A stretch of DNA of 64,000 bases from contig CAWHXD010000017.1 in the NCBI GenBank assembly GCA_963833225.1, forward strand, positions 288,001 through 352,000, read 5' to 3'. The translations under genes and the position numbers were made by a program. Under the pieces are notes generated by a model. It had not been told where the DNA came from. It worked only from the letters and a program-made list of their open reading frames with translations, and searched no databases. The number at the start of each line of letters is the position of its first letter. Position 1 is the stretch's first letter. This DNA is from an uncultured Chloroflexia bacterium. Lineage in GTDB: Bacteria; Chloroflexota; Limnocylindria; Limnocylindrales; CSP1-4. Below, piece by piece: positions 17,901 to 27,848 of the stretch.

Positions 17901-19106
17901 TCAGCCTGGGCGCGTGAAGCCCTGCGCCGGCCATGGCTCGCAGCGGAGGGGCCGGTCCTCGCGATAGCCGAGCGCGTAGTCCGCCTGGATGAGCGTGTGG
18001 AGCTGGCTGGTGCCCTCGTAGATCACCGCCGCCTTCGCATTGCGCAGGTAGCGCTCCACCGGGAACTCGCTCGAGTACCCGTTGGCGCCGTGGATCTGGA
18101 TGGCGTCGAGCGCGGCGCGCACGGAGTGCTCCGTGGCATGCCACTTGGCCAGCGAGGTTTCGCGCGTGTTGCGCAGGCCCTGGTTCTTGAGCCAGCCCGC
18201 CCGGAGGACGAGCAGCCGCCCGGTCTCCGTGCCGGCGGCCATGTTGGCGATCATCTGCTTGACCAGCTGGTGCTGGCCGATCTCCCGCCCGAACGTCTCA
18301 CGCTCGTGGGCGTACCGGAGCGAGGCGTCGAGACATGCCTGGGCCAGGCCCACCGCACCGGCCGCGACCGTGTAGCGGCCCTGGTCGATGGCGCTCATGG
18401 CCACCAGGAAGCCCTCCCCTTCCTCGCCGATCCGGTTCTCGATCGGCACCCGGACGTTCTCGAAGTCGATGAGGCCGGTATTGCCCGCCCGGATCCCAAG
18501 CTTCCCGTGGAGCGTGCCGGTGGTGAGGCCCGGCATGCCCCGCTCCACCATGAACGCCGTGATGCCCTGGTGCCGCTTCGTCCGGTCGACCGACGCAAAC
18601 ACCAGGAAGTGGTCGGCAAGGTCGGCGAGACTGATCCAGATCTTGTGGCCGTTGAGGACATAGCTGTCACCGTCCCGGCGCGCGGTCGTCGCCAGCGAGG
18701 CGACATCCGTGCCGGCCCCCGGCTCGGTCAGGCCGAAGGTCGCCAGCTTGTCGCCCCTTGCCTGCGGCACCAGCCAGCGCTGCTTCTGCTCCTCGGTCCC
18801 CCACTGGAGCAACGTGAGGCTGTTGAGGCCGACGTGGACGCTCTGCACCACCCGGAAGGCGGTGTCTGCCCGCTCCAGCTCCTCGCACAGGAGCGCGAAG
18901 CTGATGTAGTCCATGCCCAGGCCGCCGTACTGCTCCGGGATCGGCGCACCAAGGAAGCCAAGGCCCGCCATCTTCGCGAAGACCTCGCGGTGAACCTCGG
19001 CGCCGGCATCCCATTCGCGGATATGGGGCAGGATCTCGGCCTCGACAAACGCGCGGGCGGTGTCGCGGACGAGGCGGTTCTCGTCGGTGAGGGAGAAGTC
19101 GATCAC
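17901..19106 (-). CDS. Acyl-CoA dehydrogenase
   Basis: FGLTEPGAGTD, LNGHKIWIS, QIHGANGY, IYEGTSQL. Confidence 0.95.
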   Translation of the reverse strand: MIDFSLTDENRLVRDTARAFVEAEILPHIREWDAGAEVHREVFAKMAGLGFLGAPIPEQYGGLGMDYISFALLCEELERADTAFRVVQSVHVGLNSLTLLQWGTEEQKQRWLVPQARGDKLATFGLTEPGAGTDVASLATTARRDGDSYVLNGHKIWISLADLADHFLVFASVDRTKRHQGITAFMVERGMPGLTTGTLHGKLGIRAGNTGLIDFENVRVPIENRIGEEGEGFLVAMSAIDQGRYTVAAGAVGLAQACLDASLRYAHERETFGREIGQHQLVKQMIANMAAGTETGRLLVLRAGWLKNQGLRNTRETSLAKWHATEHSVRAALDAIQIHGANGYSSEFPVERYLRNAKAAVIYEGTSQLHTLIQADYALGYREDRPLRCEPWPAQGFTRPG

Positions 19107-19180
19107 GGGAGGGCCTCAGGTGCGGACGTCGCGGGGCGCCGCCGCATCCTACCGGGATCGGGCCCTCCTATACTCCGGCC

Positions 19181-20479
19181 GTGGACACGAACGACGCACC
19201 AACGCTTGATCTTGCCGCCCTCGCCGGGCCCAACATGTCGCCGGTCCTTGGCCGCTACATGGACCGCAGCTGGTCACACGGGGTCGGTCACCGCCTGTAC
19301 GACACCGCCGGGCACGCCTACCTCGACTTCGCCAACGGGATCGCCGTCACCGCGCTCGGTCATGCGCACCCGCGCGTCACGGCGGCGGTCCATGCCCAGG
19401 TCGACCGGCTGATGGGACCCGTGCATGCCATGGGCTTCGCCGAGCCGACCGTCAAGCTCGCGGCGATGCTGGCGGACACGTTCCCGGACCCGCTCGACGC
19501 CGTGCTGTTCCTCAACTCCGGGTCGGAGGCGATCGACGGGGCGATCAAGCTCGCCAGACGGGTGACCGGGCGTCCCGCGATCCTCGCGTTCCGCGGCGCC
19601 TTCCACGGCCGGACCATCGGGGCGACGAGCGTCACGACCTCCGCGCTCAACTACCGCCGGGGGTACGAGCCGCTCCTCCCGAGCGTCTACCACCTGCCGT
19701 TTCCGGCCGTATACCGCGACTTCGACGACGACGAGGACGCCGCCACCGAGGCCTGCCTCGCCCACCTCGATGACCTGCTCGCCACCACCATCGCGCCGTC
19801 ACAGGTGGCGGCCGTCCTGATCGAACCGGTCCAGGGCGAGGGTGGCTACTACCCGGCACCAGCGGGGTTCCTCCGAGCGCTGCGGGCGATCTGCGACGAG
19901 CACGGGATCCTGCTGATGGCCGACGAGGTGCAGTCGGGCTACGGCCGAACGGGCGAGATGTGGGCGTTCCAGCATGCGGGGATCGTCCCCGACGTCGTCT
20001 GCGTCGCCAAGGCCATTGCCAACGGGCTGCCGCTGTCGGCGATCGTGACCAGCCGGGATATCCAGGAACGCTGGGGCCGCGGCGCGCACGGCACCACGTA
20101 CGGCGGCAATCCAGTCGCCTGTGCCGCCGGACTGGCCGTGCTCGAGACGATCCGTGACGAAGGGCTCGTCGCCAACGCGCGCGCCCGGGGCGCGGAGCTG
20201 GCCGGCGGCCTCCGGGAGCTCATGGCCGAGCATCCCTCGATCGGCGACGTCCGGGGTCCGGGCCTGATGATCGGGGTGGAGTTCGTCCGCGACCGTGACA
20301 CGCGGGAGCCGGACGGCGCCCTGGCCGAAGCCATCACGGCCCGCGCCGCGGAGGCGGGGCTGCTCCTGCTCTCGTGCGGGATCCACCACCAGGTGATCCG
20401 CTGGATCCCACCTCTGGACGTGACCGTGCCAGAGGTCGAGGAGGCGCTGCGCCTGTTCGAGAACGCGCTCCAGGGCTGA
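19181..20479 (+). CDS. Class III aminotransferase (4-aminobutyrate aminotransferase-like)
   Basis: NSGSEA, AFHGRT, EPVQGEGG, DEVQSGYGRTG, AKAIANG, HGTTYGGNP. Confidence 0.92.
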   Translation: MDTNDAPTLDLAALAGPNMSPVLGRYMDRSWSHGVGHRLYDTAGHAYLDFANGIAVTALGHAHPRVTAAVHAQVDRLMGPVHAMGFAEPTVKLAAMLADTFPDPLDAVLFLNSGSEAIDGAIKLARRVTGRPAILAFRGAFHGRTIGATSVTTSALNYRRGYEPLLPSVYHLPFPAVYRDFDDDEDAATEACLAHLDDLLATTIAPSQVAAVLIEPVQGEGGYYPAPAGFLRALRAICDEHGILLMADEVQSGYGRTGEMWAFQHAGIVPDVVCVAKAIANGLPLSAIVTSRDIQERWGRGAHGTTYGGNPVACAAGLAVLETIRDEGLVANARARGAELAGGLRELMAEHPSIGDVRGPGLMIGVEFVRDRDTREPDGALAEAITARAAEAGLLLLSCGIHHQVIRWIPPLDVTVPEVEEALRLFENALQG

Positions 20480-20546
20480 CGGTCGGCCTGCGCAGCCCGT
20501 TCAGGGACGGGGGGTTCCCTACCTGCCCCGGATCATCGACCGCCGA

Positions 20547-20741
20547 TCAGCGGTTCCGGGTGAGGAAGGCCATCACGTCCTCAAGGCGGAAGCGCCGGTC
20601 CCCGCGCTTGCACACACGGTAGAACGGAAGCTCACCGCGGTCGCCAAGGCGCTTCACGGTGTTCACGTGGAGGTGGAGCATCTCGGCAACCTCGCTCGCG
20701 GTGAGCATCGGGCCGAGGTCGTTGATCGCCATTGACGCCAT
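20547..20741 (-). CDS. Small MerR-like/excisionase-type (HTH_17, BldC-like) DNA-binding protein
   Basis: MLTASEVAEMLHLHVNTVKRL..RGELP.YR...GDRRF. Confidence 0.85.
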   Translation of the reverse strand: MASMAINDLGPMLTASEVAEMLHLHVNTVKRLGDRGELPFYRVCKRGDRRFRLEDVMAFLTRNR

Positions 20742-20919
20742 TCGTTGCCTCTGTCATACCGGCAGTCGGTCGGCCGCGGAGGGCACTGCGGTGCGGTCCG
20801 GCTTGCTGCTGAGTGGAGTGTCGGAGTTAGAAGCGGCATCGTGAAGCCGTACTCTCGTCTACCCGGTGGTACCAGCGAGCACGAGAGACGCGTCCACGGG
20901 GGTTCGGCGGGCCAAGGAG

Positions 20920-21296
20920 TCAGCGGCGGAAGCGCCCGACCGGGGCCGGGACCGCGCGAGCGGCGCTTGGGGGCACAACCATGCGTCGATCGATCGCGAT
21001 CACCGGCCCCCGGGCAATCGCCACCGGCGCGGCGAACCGCGCACGGACGACGGTCGCCATTGTGGGAGAAGCGGGCCGGCGGCGCACGACGTCGGCGCAT
21101 GGAGGTGATGTGGGCCCGCGACGCGGCCGCGGCGGGGGCGGCGATGTCGCCTACCGGGGGCCGGGTCGGCCGCCAGCGCCGGCTCGGAGGCGGAGACCGG
21201 GGCCGGACCTGACCCGCCGAGAGCCGCAGCGGCGAGGAGGGCGATGGCGACGATCCCGAGCCGGTGCCGGGTCGGGGCCGGATCGTGGGAGCTCAT
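20920..21296 (-). CDS. Possible small secreted protein, apparently with two frameshifts
   Basis: Signal-like N-terminus (RHRLGIVAIALLAAAALGG). Removing one base near 21157 and one near 21097 gives a continuous ~124-aa frame ending at TGA 20920. Confidence 0.3.
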
Positions 21297-21321
21297 CGCG
21301 GCCCACCATCGCCCGGATCCG

Positions 21322-21678
21322 TCACGCGTCGCCCGCCCCCGTGCGGAGCCTGACCTCGAGCAGCGCCAGCTCCGCCGTCGGCGGGAACGAGCGCAGCTCA
21401 TTGCAGCCCGGGCAGATGGCCTGGGACGGGCCGATGACATCGTCGTGCTCAAGGGCGCCATCGAACCCGCACGAGCAGGCCAGTCGCAACTCGAATGGGT
21501 CCACCGTCAGCTCCGCGCCCTCCAGCACGGTGCCGGGCACCAGCATCTCGAACGCCTGGCGCAACACGTCGTCCGGGATCGTGGTCGCGCGCTGGACGGC
21601 CACGAGCGAGACCGGCGACCCTCCTGCGCGGGCGATCGCCGCGTCAACGAGCGCTGCCACCAGGGACACCTCATGCAC
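21322..21678 (-). CDS. hypA: Hydrogenase nickel metallochaperone HypA
   Basis: N-terminal MHExS Ni motif (GTG start); CSC and CPGC Zn ligands. Confidence 0.88.
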   Translation of the reverse strand: MHEVSLVAALVDAAIARAGGSPVSLVAVQRATTIPDDVLRQAFEMLVPGTVLEGAELTVDPFELRLACSCGFDGALEHDDVIGPSQAICPGCNELRSFPPTAELALLEVRLRTGAGDA

Positions 21679-22138
21679 GCCGATGCGCCTCCACGACTCG
21701 CGCAACGGCGTCGGCGGCGCGCTCCACGGCGGCCGCCACGACGGGCGTCATCCGCTCCCCCACCTCAAGGGACGCAGGTCCCACCGAGACCACCACGACC
21801 GGAGGCGCGGTGCCCCAGAGCTCGCGGGCGAGCCCCACCAGGCCCGCCGGATCCAGGTGGTGGGTCCACGCGGTCCCGGCCTCGCCGGCCGCCTCCAGCC
21901 GGCGCACGGTCACACGACCCGGCTCAGCCTCCGCGTCGGCATCGACCAGGACCAGGAGCGACGCCCCGCTGGCGTCCTGGGCGAGCTCCGGCGTCAGCTG
22001 GTGCTCGCTGCGGATCGCCACCCCGGCCATCCGCGGATCGCGTTCCAGGCGCGCGGCCACCGCGGGTCCCGCGCCGTCGTCGGAACGAAGCGGGTTGCCG
22101 TACCCGATCACGAGGATGGGGCCGGACGCCACCGTCAC
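21671..22138 (-). CDS. hoxW: Hydrogenase maturation protease
   Basis: LVIGYGNPLRSDDGAG, HQLTPELA, VDA, THH motifs. Confidence 0.9.
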   Translation of the reverse strand: MTVASGPILVIGYGNPLRSDDGAGPAVAARLERDPRMAGVAIRSEHQLTPELAQDASGASLLVLVDADAEAEPGRVTVRRLEAAGEAGTAWTHHLDPAGLVGLARELWGTAPPVVVVSVGPASLEVGERMTPVVAAAVERAADAVARVVEAHRRA

Positions 22139-23556
22139 CGGGCGATTTCGCCCAGGATCTCGCCGCCCGGGGCGAGGAGCTGGATGCGCAGCGCCATCTG
22201 CCCCAGCGCATGGGTGGAGCAGGACAGGCACGGGTCGTAGCAGCGGATGACCGCTTCGACCCGGTTGAGCATCGATTCCTCGAGCCGGTCGGCCTTGACG
22301 TGCTTGCGGGCAACCTGGAGCACGGCGCGGTTCATCGCCGCGTTGTTGTGCCCGGTCGCGATCACCAGGTTCACCCACTCGACGAGCCCGTTCTCATCCA
22401 CCTTGTAGTGGTGCATGAGGGTGCCGCGAGGGGCCTCGGCGACACCGATCCCCTCGAGCCGGTTGATGCCGGCCGTCGACCGCGTGCGGTGGTCGAGGAT
22501 GTCGGGGCCCCGGAGCAGCAGCTCGATCTTCTCGATTGCGTGCAGCGTGTCGATCAGGCGCGCGTAGTGGTAGTGGAAGGACGAGCCCGCGACACGGCCC
22601 ACGCGCCAGCGGAACTTCTCGAGCTCCTCGTCGGCGCGCGGTGTGCCCGTGCGCTCGGCCACGTTGAGCCGGGCCAGCGGTCCCACGCGGTAGATGCCGT
22701 CGGGGTAGCCCATCGGCTTCCAGTACGTCGTCTTGAGGTAGGACCACGGCTCAACGGCCTCGCCGATGTAGTCGTTGAACGCCTTGGGGTCGATCTTGTC
22801 GGCCAGGAAGTGCCCGTCGGCATCCACGACCCGGATCCAGCCGCCGTAGTGGTCGACGTTGCCCTCGCGATCGACGAGACCCATGAACGCCGAGCGGAAG
22901 TTGCCGAAGGTGGCCGCCTCCTCCTCCCAGCGCAGCATGTCCGTCTTGTACCAGGCGATCGCCCGTTCGGTGGCCGCCAGGGCCTCCGGAACGCCGGCCA
23001 GGATCCGGTCACGGACCTCCTCGGTGAGCTGGAACGCGACGCCACCCGGGACGATGCCCGTTGGATGGATCCGCTTGCCCCCCAGCCATTCGATGATCTG
23101 CTGGCCCCACTTGCGCAGCCCGATTCCGTCTCGGGCGAGGGCCGGGTTCTTCTGGGCCACCCCCACGATGTTGCGGATCGCGGGATCTGCGTCGAACCCG
23201 AACAGCAGGTCGGGCGACGAGAGGTGGAAGAACGAGAGCGCGTTGCTCTGGACGATCTGTCCGAGGTTGATGATCCGCCGGAGATCCGCACCGGTGGGCG
23301 TCGGCTCGACGGCCATGATGTCGTCCACCGCCTTGGACGAGGCGATGAGGTGGCTGACCGGGCAGATTCCGCAGATTCGGGCCATCAGCGCCGGCATCTC
23401 GTGCACCGGCCGGCCCTGGGTGATCCGCTCGAAGCCGCGGAACTGGGTGACGTGGAAGTGCGCGTCGACGACCTCGCCGCGGTCGTCGAGCTGGATCGTG
23501 ATCTTGGAGTGGCCCTCGATCCGGGTGACGGGATCGATCGTGATCGTCTGGCTCAT
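22135..23556 (-). CDS. hoxH: Bidirectional NAD-coupled [NiFe]-hydrogenase large subunit (group 3d)
   Basis: PVTRIEGH, L1 RICGIC, L2 DPCLSCSTH followed by a cleavable tail. Confidence 0.95.
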   Translation of the reverse strand: MSQTITIDPVTRIEGHSKITIQLDDRGEVVDAHFHVTQFRGFERITQGRPVHEMPALMARICGICPVSHLIASSKAVDDIMAVEPTPTGADLRRIINLGQIVQSNALSFFHLSSPDLLFGFDADPAIRNIVGVAQKNPALARDGIGLRKWGQQIIEWLGGKRIHPTGIVPGGVAFQLTEEVRDRILAGVPEALAATERAIAWYKTDMLRWEEEAATFGNFRSAFMGLVDREGNVDHYGGWIRVVDADGHFLADKIDPKAFNDYIGEAVEPWSYLKTTYWKPMGYPDGIYRVGPLARLNVAERTGTPRADEELEKFRWRVGRVAGSSFHYHYARLIDTLHAIEKIELLLRGPDILDHRTRSTAGINRLEGIGVAEAPRGTLMHHYKVDENGLVEWVNLVIATGHNNAAMNRAVLQVARKHVKADRLEESMLNRVEAVIRCYDPCLSCSTHALGQMALRIQLLAPGGEILGEIAR

Positions 23557-23567
23557 CGTCGGTCTCC

Positions 23568-24098
23568 TCAGCGCCCGAACCGGGCGCCAGCGACCTCGGG
23601 GGTCCGACCGGACAGCAGGTCGTCAAGCAGGGTGTAGATGATGTCGGCGCTGGGCGGGCAGCCCGGTAGGAACACGTCCACGTCCACGAACCGGTTGACC
23701 GGCTGCGAGGTGGGCAGAAGCTTGGGCACGACCTGGTCTGGGACCATCCGATTGAGCGTCGCATTCTCGAGGTACGCCCGGTCCAGGAGAGGCCCCGGGC
23801 CGATGGGATTGCGCATCCCGGGCACGTTGGAGGTCACGGCGCAGTCCCCGAAGGCGATCAGCACCTTCGTCCGTTCGCGGACCGTCCTGATCCGCTCGAG
23901 GTCGTCCTCGCTGGACACCGCGCCCTCGACGAGACAGACGTCGACGTTCTCGGGGAACTCCTTGATGTCCACCAGCGGACCGTAGACGAGGTCCGCCCGG
24001 GAGAAGATGTCGAGCAGACGCTCGTCAAGGTCCACGAGCGACATGTGGCAGCCCGAACAGCCGTCGAGCCAGACCGTTGCAACACGCGGCTTGGTCAC
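23568..24098 (-). CDS. hoxY: [NiFe]-hydrogenase small subunit
   Basis: WLDGCSGCHMS, EGAV, GDCA, PGCPP. Confidence 0.93.
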   Translation of the reverse strand: MTKPRVATVWLDGCSGCHMSLVDLDERLLDIFSRADLVYGPLVDIKEFPENVDVCLVEGAVSSEDDLERIRTVRERTKVLIAFGDCAVTSNVPGMRNPIGPGPLLDRAYLENATLNRMVPDQVVPKLLPTSQPVNRFVDVDVFLPGCPPSADIIYTLLDDLLSGRTPEVAGARFGR

Positions 24099-24808
24099 AG
24101 CCCACGCTCCTCGGTGTGGACCCGCATCCAGGGCAGGAACGGGCGCTTGTGCCTGGAGCCCGCCGCGACCGGCCGGCCCTTCTCGAACAGGGCACCGGTG
24201 GGACACACCTGGACGCACTTCCCGCAGCTGGTGCACGTCGTCGAATCGCCCCACGGGATGCCCATGTCCGCCTGGACCCGGGTCTCGAGGCCGCGATGCA
24301 TCACGTCCCAGACGTGCGCTCCCTCGATCTCGTCACAGACCCGCACGCAGCGCAGGCACAGGATGCAGCGGTTGTGGTCCAGGCCGAACAGGCGGTGAGT
24401 CAGGTCGACGTCCACCTGGGGGTTGATCCGCGGCAGGTCGAAGTGGGTGACCTTGAGCTCCTCGGCCATGTCCTGGAGCTCGCAGTGATTGTTGGCCACG
24501 CAGACGGCGCACACGTGGTTGCGCTCGAGGAAGATCATCTCCGTCGCAGCGCGGCGGTACTCCTCGAGCTCCTCGTCGTGCGCGGTGACGTCCATGCCCT
24601 CGGCGATCTGCGTCACGCAGGCCGCGGCGAGCCGCGGCGAGCCTCCGATCTTCACCACGCACAGGCGGCAGGCGCCTCGGTCGTGGATCCCCGGCAGGTG
24701 GCACAGGCCCGGGATGTCGATCCCGTTCTCCTCGGCCACCTCCATGATCGACTGGCCCTCGTTGCCGGCGACGTCCTTGCCGTCGATCCGGAGCGTGTAG
24801 ACGGTCAT
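24095..24808 (-). CDS. hoxU: Diaphorase Fe-S subunit
   Basis: LCH...[40 protein letters not shown]. Confidence 0.95.
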   Translation of the reverse strand: MTVYTLRIDGKDVAGNEGQSIMEVAEENGIDIPGLCHLPGIHDRGACRLCVVKIGGSPRLAAACVTQIAEGMDVTAHDEELEEYRRAATEMIFLERNHVCAVCVANNHCELQDMAEELKVTHFDLPRINPQVDVDLTHRLFGLDHNRCILCLRCVRVCDEIEGAHVWDVMHRGLETRVQADMGIPWGDSTTCTSCGKCVQVCPTGALFEKGRPVAAGSRHKRPFLPWMRVHTEERGL

Positions 24809-26465
24809 GCCATCACCTCCGCCGGCTGATCGATCTCACAGACGCCGGCGGGGCACCGCTTGTCCACGATGTGGGCGAGGTACTCGTCCCGGAAGTAGCG
24901 CAGCGTGCTGAAGATGGGATTGGGGGCGCCCTGCCCCAGGCCGCACAGGCTCATCCGCTGCACGACCTTCGCGAGGCGCTCCAGCTGGGCAAGGTCGGCC
25001 ATGTCAGCACGGCCCCGGCAGATCTTGTCCAGCAGCATCCACAGCTGGGTGGTGCCCACCCGGCACGGGACGCACTTGCCGCACAATTCGTCCCGGCAGA
25101 AGTCCTGGAAGTAGCGCGCGACGTCCACCATGCACGAGGTGTCGTCCATCACGATCATCCCACCCGATCCCATGAACGAGCCGAGCTCGATCAGGGACTC
25201 GTAGCTGACGTTCGTGTCGAGGAACTCGGCCGGGATACAACCGCCGGACGGGCCGCCCGTCTGGACCGCCTTGAACGGGCGGTCGTCGATGATTCCGCCA
25301 CCGATGTCGTAGATGATCTCGCGAAGGGTCATGCCCATCGGGACCTCGACGAGGCCCGTGTTCACGACCCGCCCGGCGAGGGCGAACACCTTGGTGCCCT
25401 TGCTCTTGCCGATGCCGATCGAGCTGTACCAGTCGGCCCCATTGCGCAGGATCGTGGGCACGTTCGCGAAGCTCTCGACGTTGTTGATCAGGGTCGGGCA
25501 GCCGAACAGGCCGCTGACCGCCGGGTACGGCGGGCGTGGTCGCGGGGTGCCACGCTTGCCCTCGACCGACTGGATGAGGGCCGTTTCCTCGCCGCACACG
25601 AAGGCGCCGGCGCCGAGGCGGATCTGGATGTCGAACGTGAACGAGGTGTCCGCGATGTTCGAGCCCAGGAAGCCGGCCCGCTGGGCCAGCCGGATCGCGT
25701 TTCGAAGGCGGGTCACCGCGAGCGGGTACTCCGCGCGGCAGTAGATGTAGCCCTCGGTCGCGTGGACCGCGAAGGCCGCGATCGCCATGCCCTCCAGGAC
25801 GCGGAACGGGTCACTCTCGAGGACGCTGCGGTCCATGAACGCGCCGGGGTCACCCTCGTCGGCATTGCAGATCACGTACTTCTGCGTGCCAGGCGCCTTG
25901 GCCACCGTCGTCCACTTGAGGCCGGTCGGATAGCCCGCGCCCCCGCGGCCGCGCAGCCCGCTCTCCGTGATCACCTCGCGGACCTCGGTGGAGGTCATGT
26001 CGGCCAGGACGGTGTTGAGGGCTTCGTAGCCACCGCGCTCGACGTAGTCGTCGAGGCTCTCCGGGTCGATGCGACCCATGTTCTCGGTGGCGACGCGGAG
26101 CTGCTTCTCGAAGAACGGACCCTGCGGCTGGGGCGTGTCCGCGTCCGTGACGGTCCTGAGCGCCTCGACGATCGGGGCGACGCGCATCGGGCGTGACCGC
26201 GCTGAACAGCTGTCCCGTCTGTGGGATCTCCACCAGCGGCCCAGCGGCGCACAGGCCGAGGCAGCCGACGCGCTTGACGACGACGTCGGTCAGGCCGGCC
26301 TCGGCGGCCGCCTCGCCCAGGCGCAGCGTGATGTCGTGGGACTGGGCAGAGACAGCAGGAGGCCGCCTCGCACACGTAGGCATGCGCGCGCACCGGCCCC
26401 TCGTGGATCTCCTCCGTGATCACGCGGCGGCGGATCGGCCGCGCCGCGGCAGGCTGCTCGCTCAC
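24805..26465 (-). CDS. hoxF: Diaphorase FMN/NADH subunit (NuoF-like) with two apparent +1 frameshifts (~26352, ~26182)
   Basis: N-terminal 2Fe-2S motifs (VCEAASC...[10 protein letters not shown]) spread over three frames; [32 protein letters not shown]. Confidence 0.9.
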
Positions 26466-26953
26466 ATCGCCTCCAGCTGGGCGACCAGGTCGCCCACGTT
26501 GACCTTGCCTCGCGCCTCGCCATCGACCACCGCCGCCGGCGCCAGGCTGCAGGCCCCGAGGCAGCGGGCGGTCAGCAGCGAGACCTTGCCGTCGGCGGTT
26601 GTCTGCTTGGGCCGGAGGCCCAGCTGCCGCTCAAGACCGGTCAGGATGTCCTTGGCCCCGTTGATGTAGCAGGCGGTCCCGGTGCACACGACGCAAGTGT
26701 GCTCACCCTGCGGCTTGAGCGTGAAGAACGAGTAGAAGGTCGCCACCCCGTAGACCCGCGAGTGCGGAACGCCAAGGGTGTCGCCGACGTAGTGCAGCGC
26801 GGCCTCGTCGAGGTAGCCGAACGCCTCCTGCGCCGAGTGAAGCGCCTCGATCAGCGCCGCGGGGCGGTCGCCCATCCGACGCATCCGCGTCTCGACGATC
26901 TTCCAGCGCTTGTCATCGCTGGGCGGCGCTGGCTTGGCGTATAGAGCGGGCAT
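26462..26953 (-). CDS. hoxE: Bidirectional hydrogenase subunit HoxE (NuoE-like)
   Basis: DKRWKIV..LIEALH..Q..FGYL, VCTGTACY, RCLGAC. Confidence 0.93.
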   Translation of the reverse strand: MPALYAKPAPPSDDKRWKIVETRMRRMGDRPAALIEALHSAQEAFGYLDEAALHYVGDTLGVPHSRVYGVATFYSFFTLKPQGEHTCVVCTGTACYINGAKDILTGLERQLGLRPKQTTADGKVSLLTARCLGACSLAPAAVVDGEARGKVNVGDLVAQLEAM

Positions 26954-27051
26954 CCCCACCCTCCGTTGGGTGCTGGCGTGGCGCCGGAGTGCCGGCGCGT
27001 ATCGTCGCAGGTTCAGGCCAGAGTCCGGGCGACGCCGGATCCAGCACCCTG

Positions 27052-27081
27052 AGCCTACGGGCGCTCGTCGTCCGCTTTCAA
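27052..27081 (-). promoter_or_regulatory. sigma70-type promoter of the hox operon
   Basis: TTGAAA-N18-TAGGCT on the minus strand, ~100 nt upstream of hoxE. Confidence 0.6.
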
Positions 27082-27181
27082 GGCCGGGAGTCCCCACCAG
27101 GCGGGCCTCCGCGAGCATGCCCGCGGGCCGACCGGTCCGCAGACCAAGGCCGAATGGACCGCCGCGCCTTCGGACGCTCGC

Positions 27182-27703
27182 TCAGGACCGGACGCCGAGG
27201 GGGATCCGCCACCGGGTCCGCCAACGTCCACCCCGGTCCTCCACGAGGACCTCGATCGTCGCCGCGCGCCGTTCCAGGGGCAGGGCGGACAAGGCATCGC
27301 CCAGGATCCGGTCGAGCGCGATGTCGGCGGAATCGGCGAGCGTCAGGTGCGGGACGATCTCGTCGAACAGGCCTTCGTACGGCAGGTACCCCGGGTAGCG
27401 GGCCATGACGGCCTCGGTCAGGCGCACGAAGGGCTCGGCTGGCTCGGGCACGAGGTAGGCAACGCCGGGGAAGCGCCCGACCCGCCGGAACTGGACGTCG
27501 AACGGTGGGTGCGTCCCGGCGATCTCGGCCAGCTCAGCACGGACCTCGAGGGTGAGGCGGGCAGCGGGCAGGAACGGGAACAGGATCGTGACATGCCCGG
27601 GCACGCCACCGGCAGCCGACCAGTCCCATTGCCGTCGGATCCGGACCAGGCTCGGCGGCAACGGCACCCGGACGATGATCGCGCTCCGCGTCTCGTCGCC
27701 CAT
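27182..27703 (-). CDS. 2H phosphoesterase (2'-5' RNA ligase family)
   Basis: Two HxT motifs: GHVTI and PHLTL. Confidence 0.88.
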   Translation of the reverse strand: MGDETRSAIIVRVPLPPSLVRIRRQWDWSAAGGVPGHVTILFPFLPAARLTLEVRAELAEIAGTHPPFDVQFRRVGRFPGVAYLVPEPAEPFVRLTEAVMARYPGYLPYEGLFDEIVPHLTLADSADIALDRILGDALSALPLERRAATIEVLVEDRGGRWRTRWRIPLGVRS

Positions 27704-27772
27704 CAACCGACGCTCCTGACCTTGCGCGCGGCGCCTTCGCCGGGATCCTTGCCCGGATCGATGCCCGGCGGG

Positions 27773-27848
27773 TGGCGCCCCCGGCAGGAATCGAACCTGC
27801 GACCTACCGCTTAGAAGGCGGCTGCTCTATCCGCTGAGCTACGGGGGC
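27773..27848 (-). tRNA. tRNA-Arg (anticodon TCT)
   Basis: GCCCCCGTAGCTCAGCGGATAGAGCAGCCGCCTTCTAAGCGGTAGGTCGCAGGTTCGATTCCTGCCGGGGGCGCCA cloverleaf with CCA end. Confidence 0.97.

Noticed and set aside
21244-23637. Long antisense or alternative-frame ORFs (797 aa here; also 17592-19412, 30898-33156, 51535-53403)
   Set aside because: Typical stop-poor shadow frames of high-GC genes, R/P/G-rich and without motifs.
24805-26465. Programmed frameshifting or pseudogenisation of hoxF
   Set aside because: No slippery heptamers; same +1 pattern as in unrelated housekeeping genes; the rest of the operon is intact.
26968-27049. TPP riboswitch (GGGUGC...UGAACCUG resemblance)
   Set aside because: Lacks the UGAGA loop and the 3' GCGUAGGGAA element; the context is not thiamine-related.
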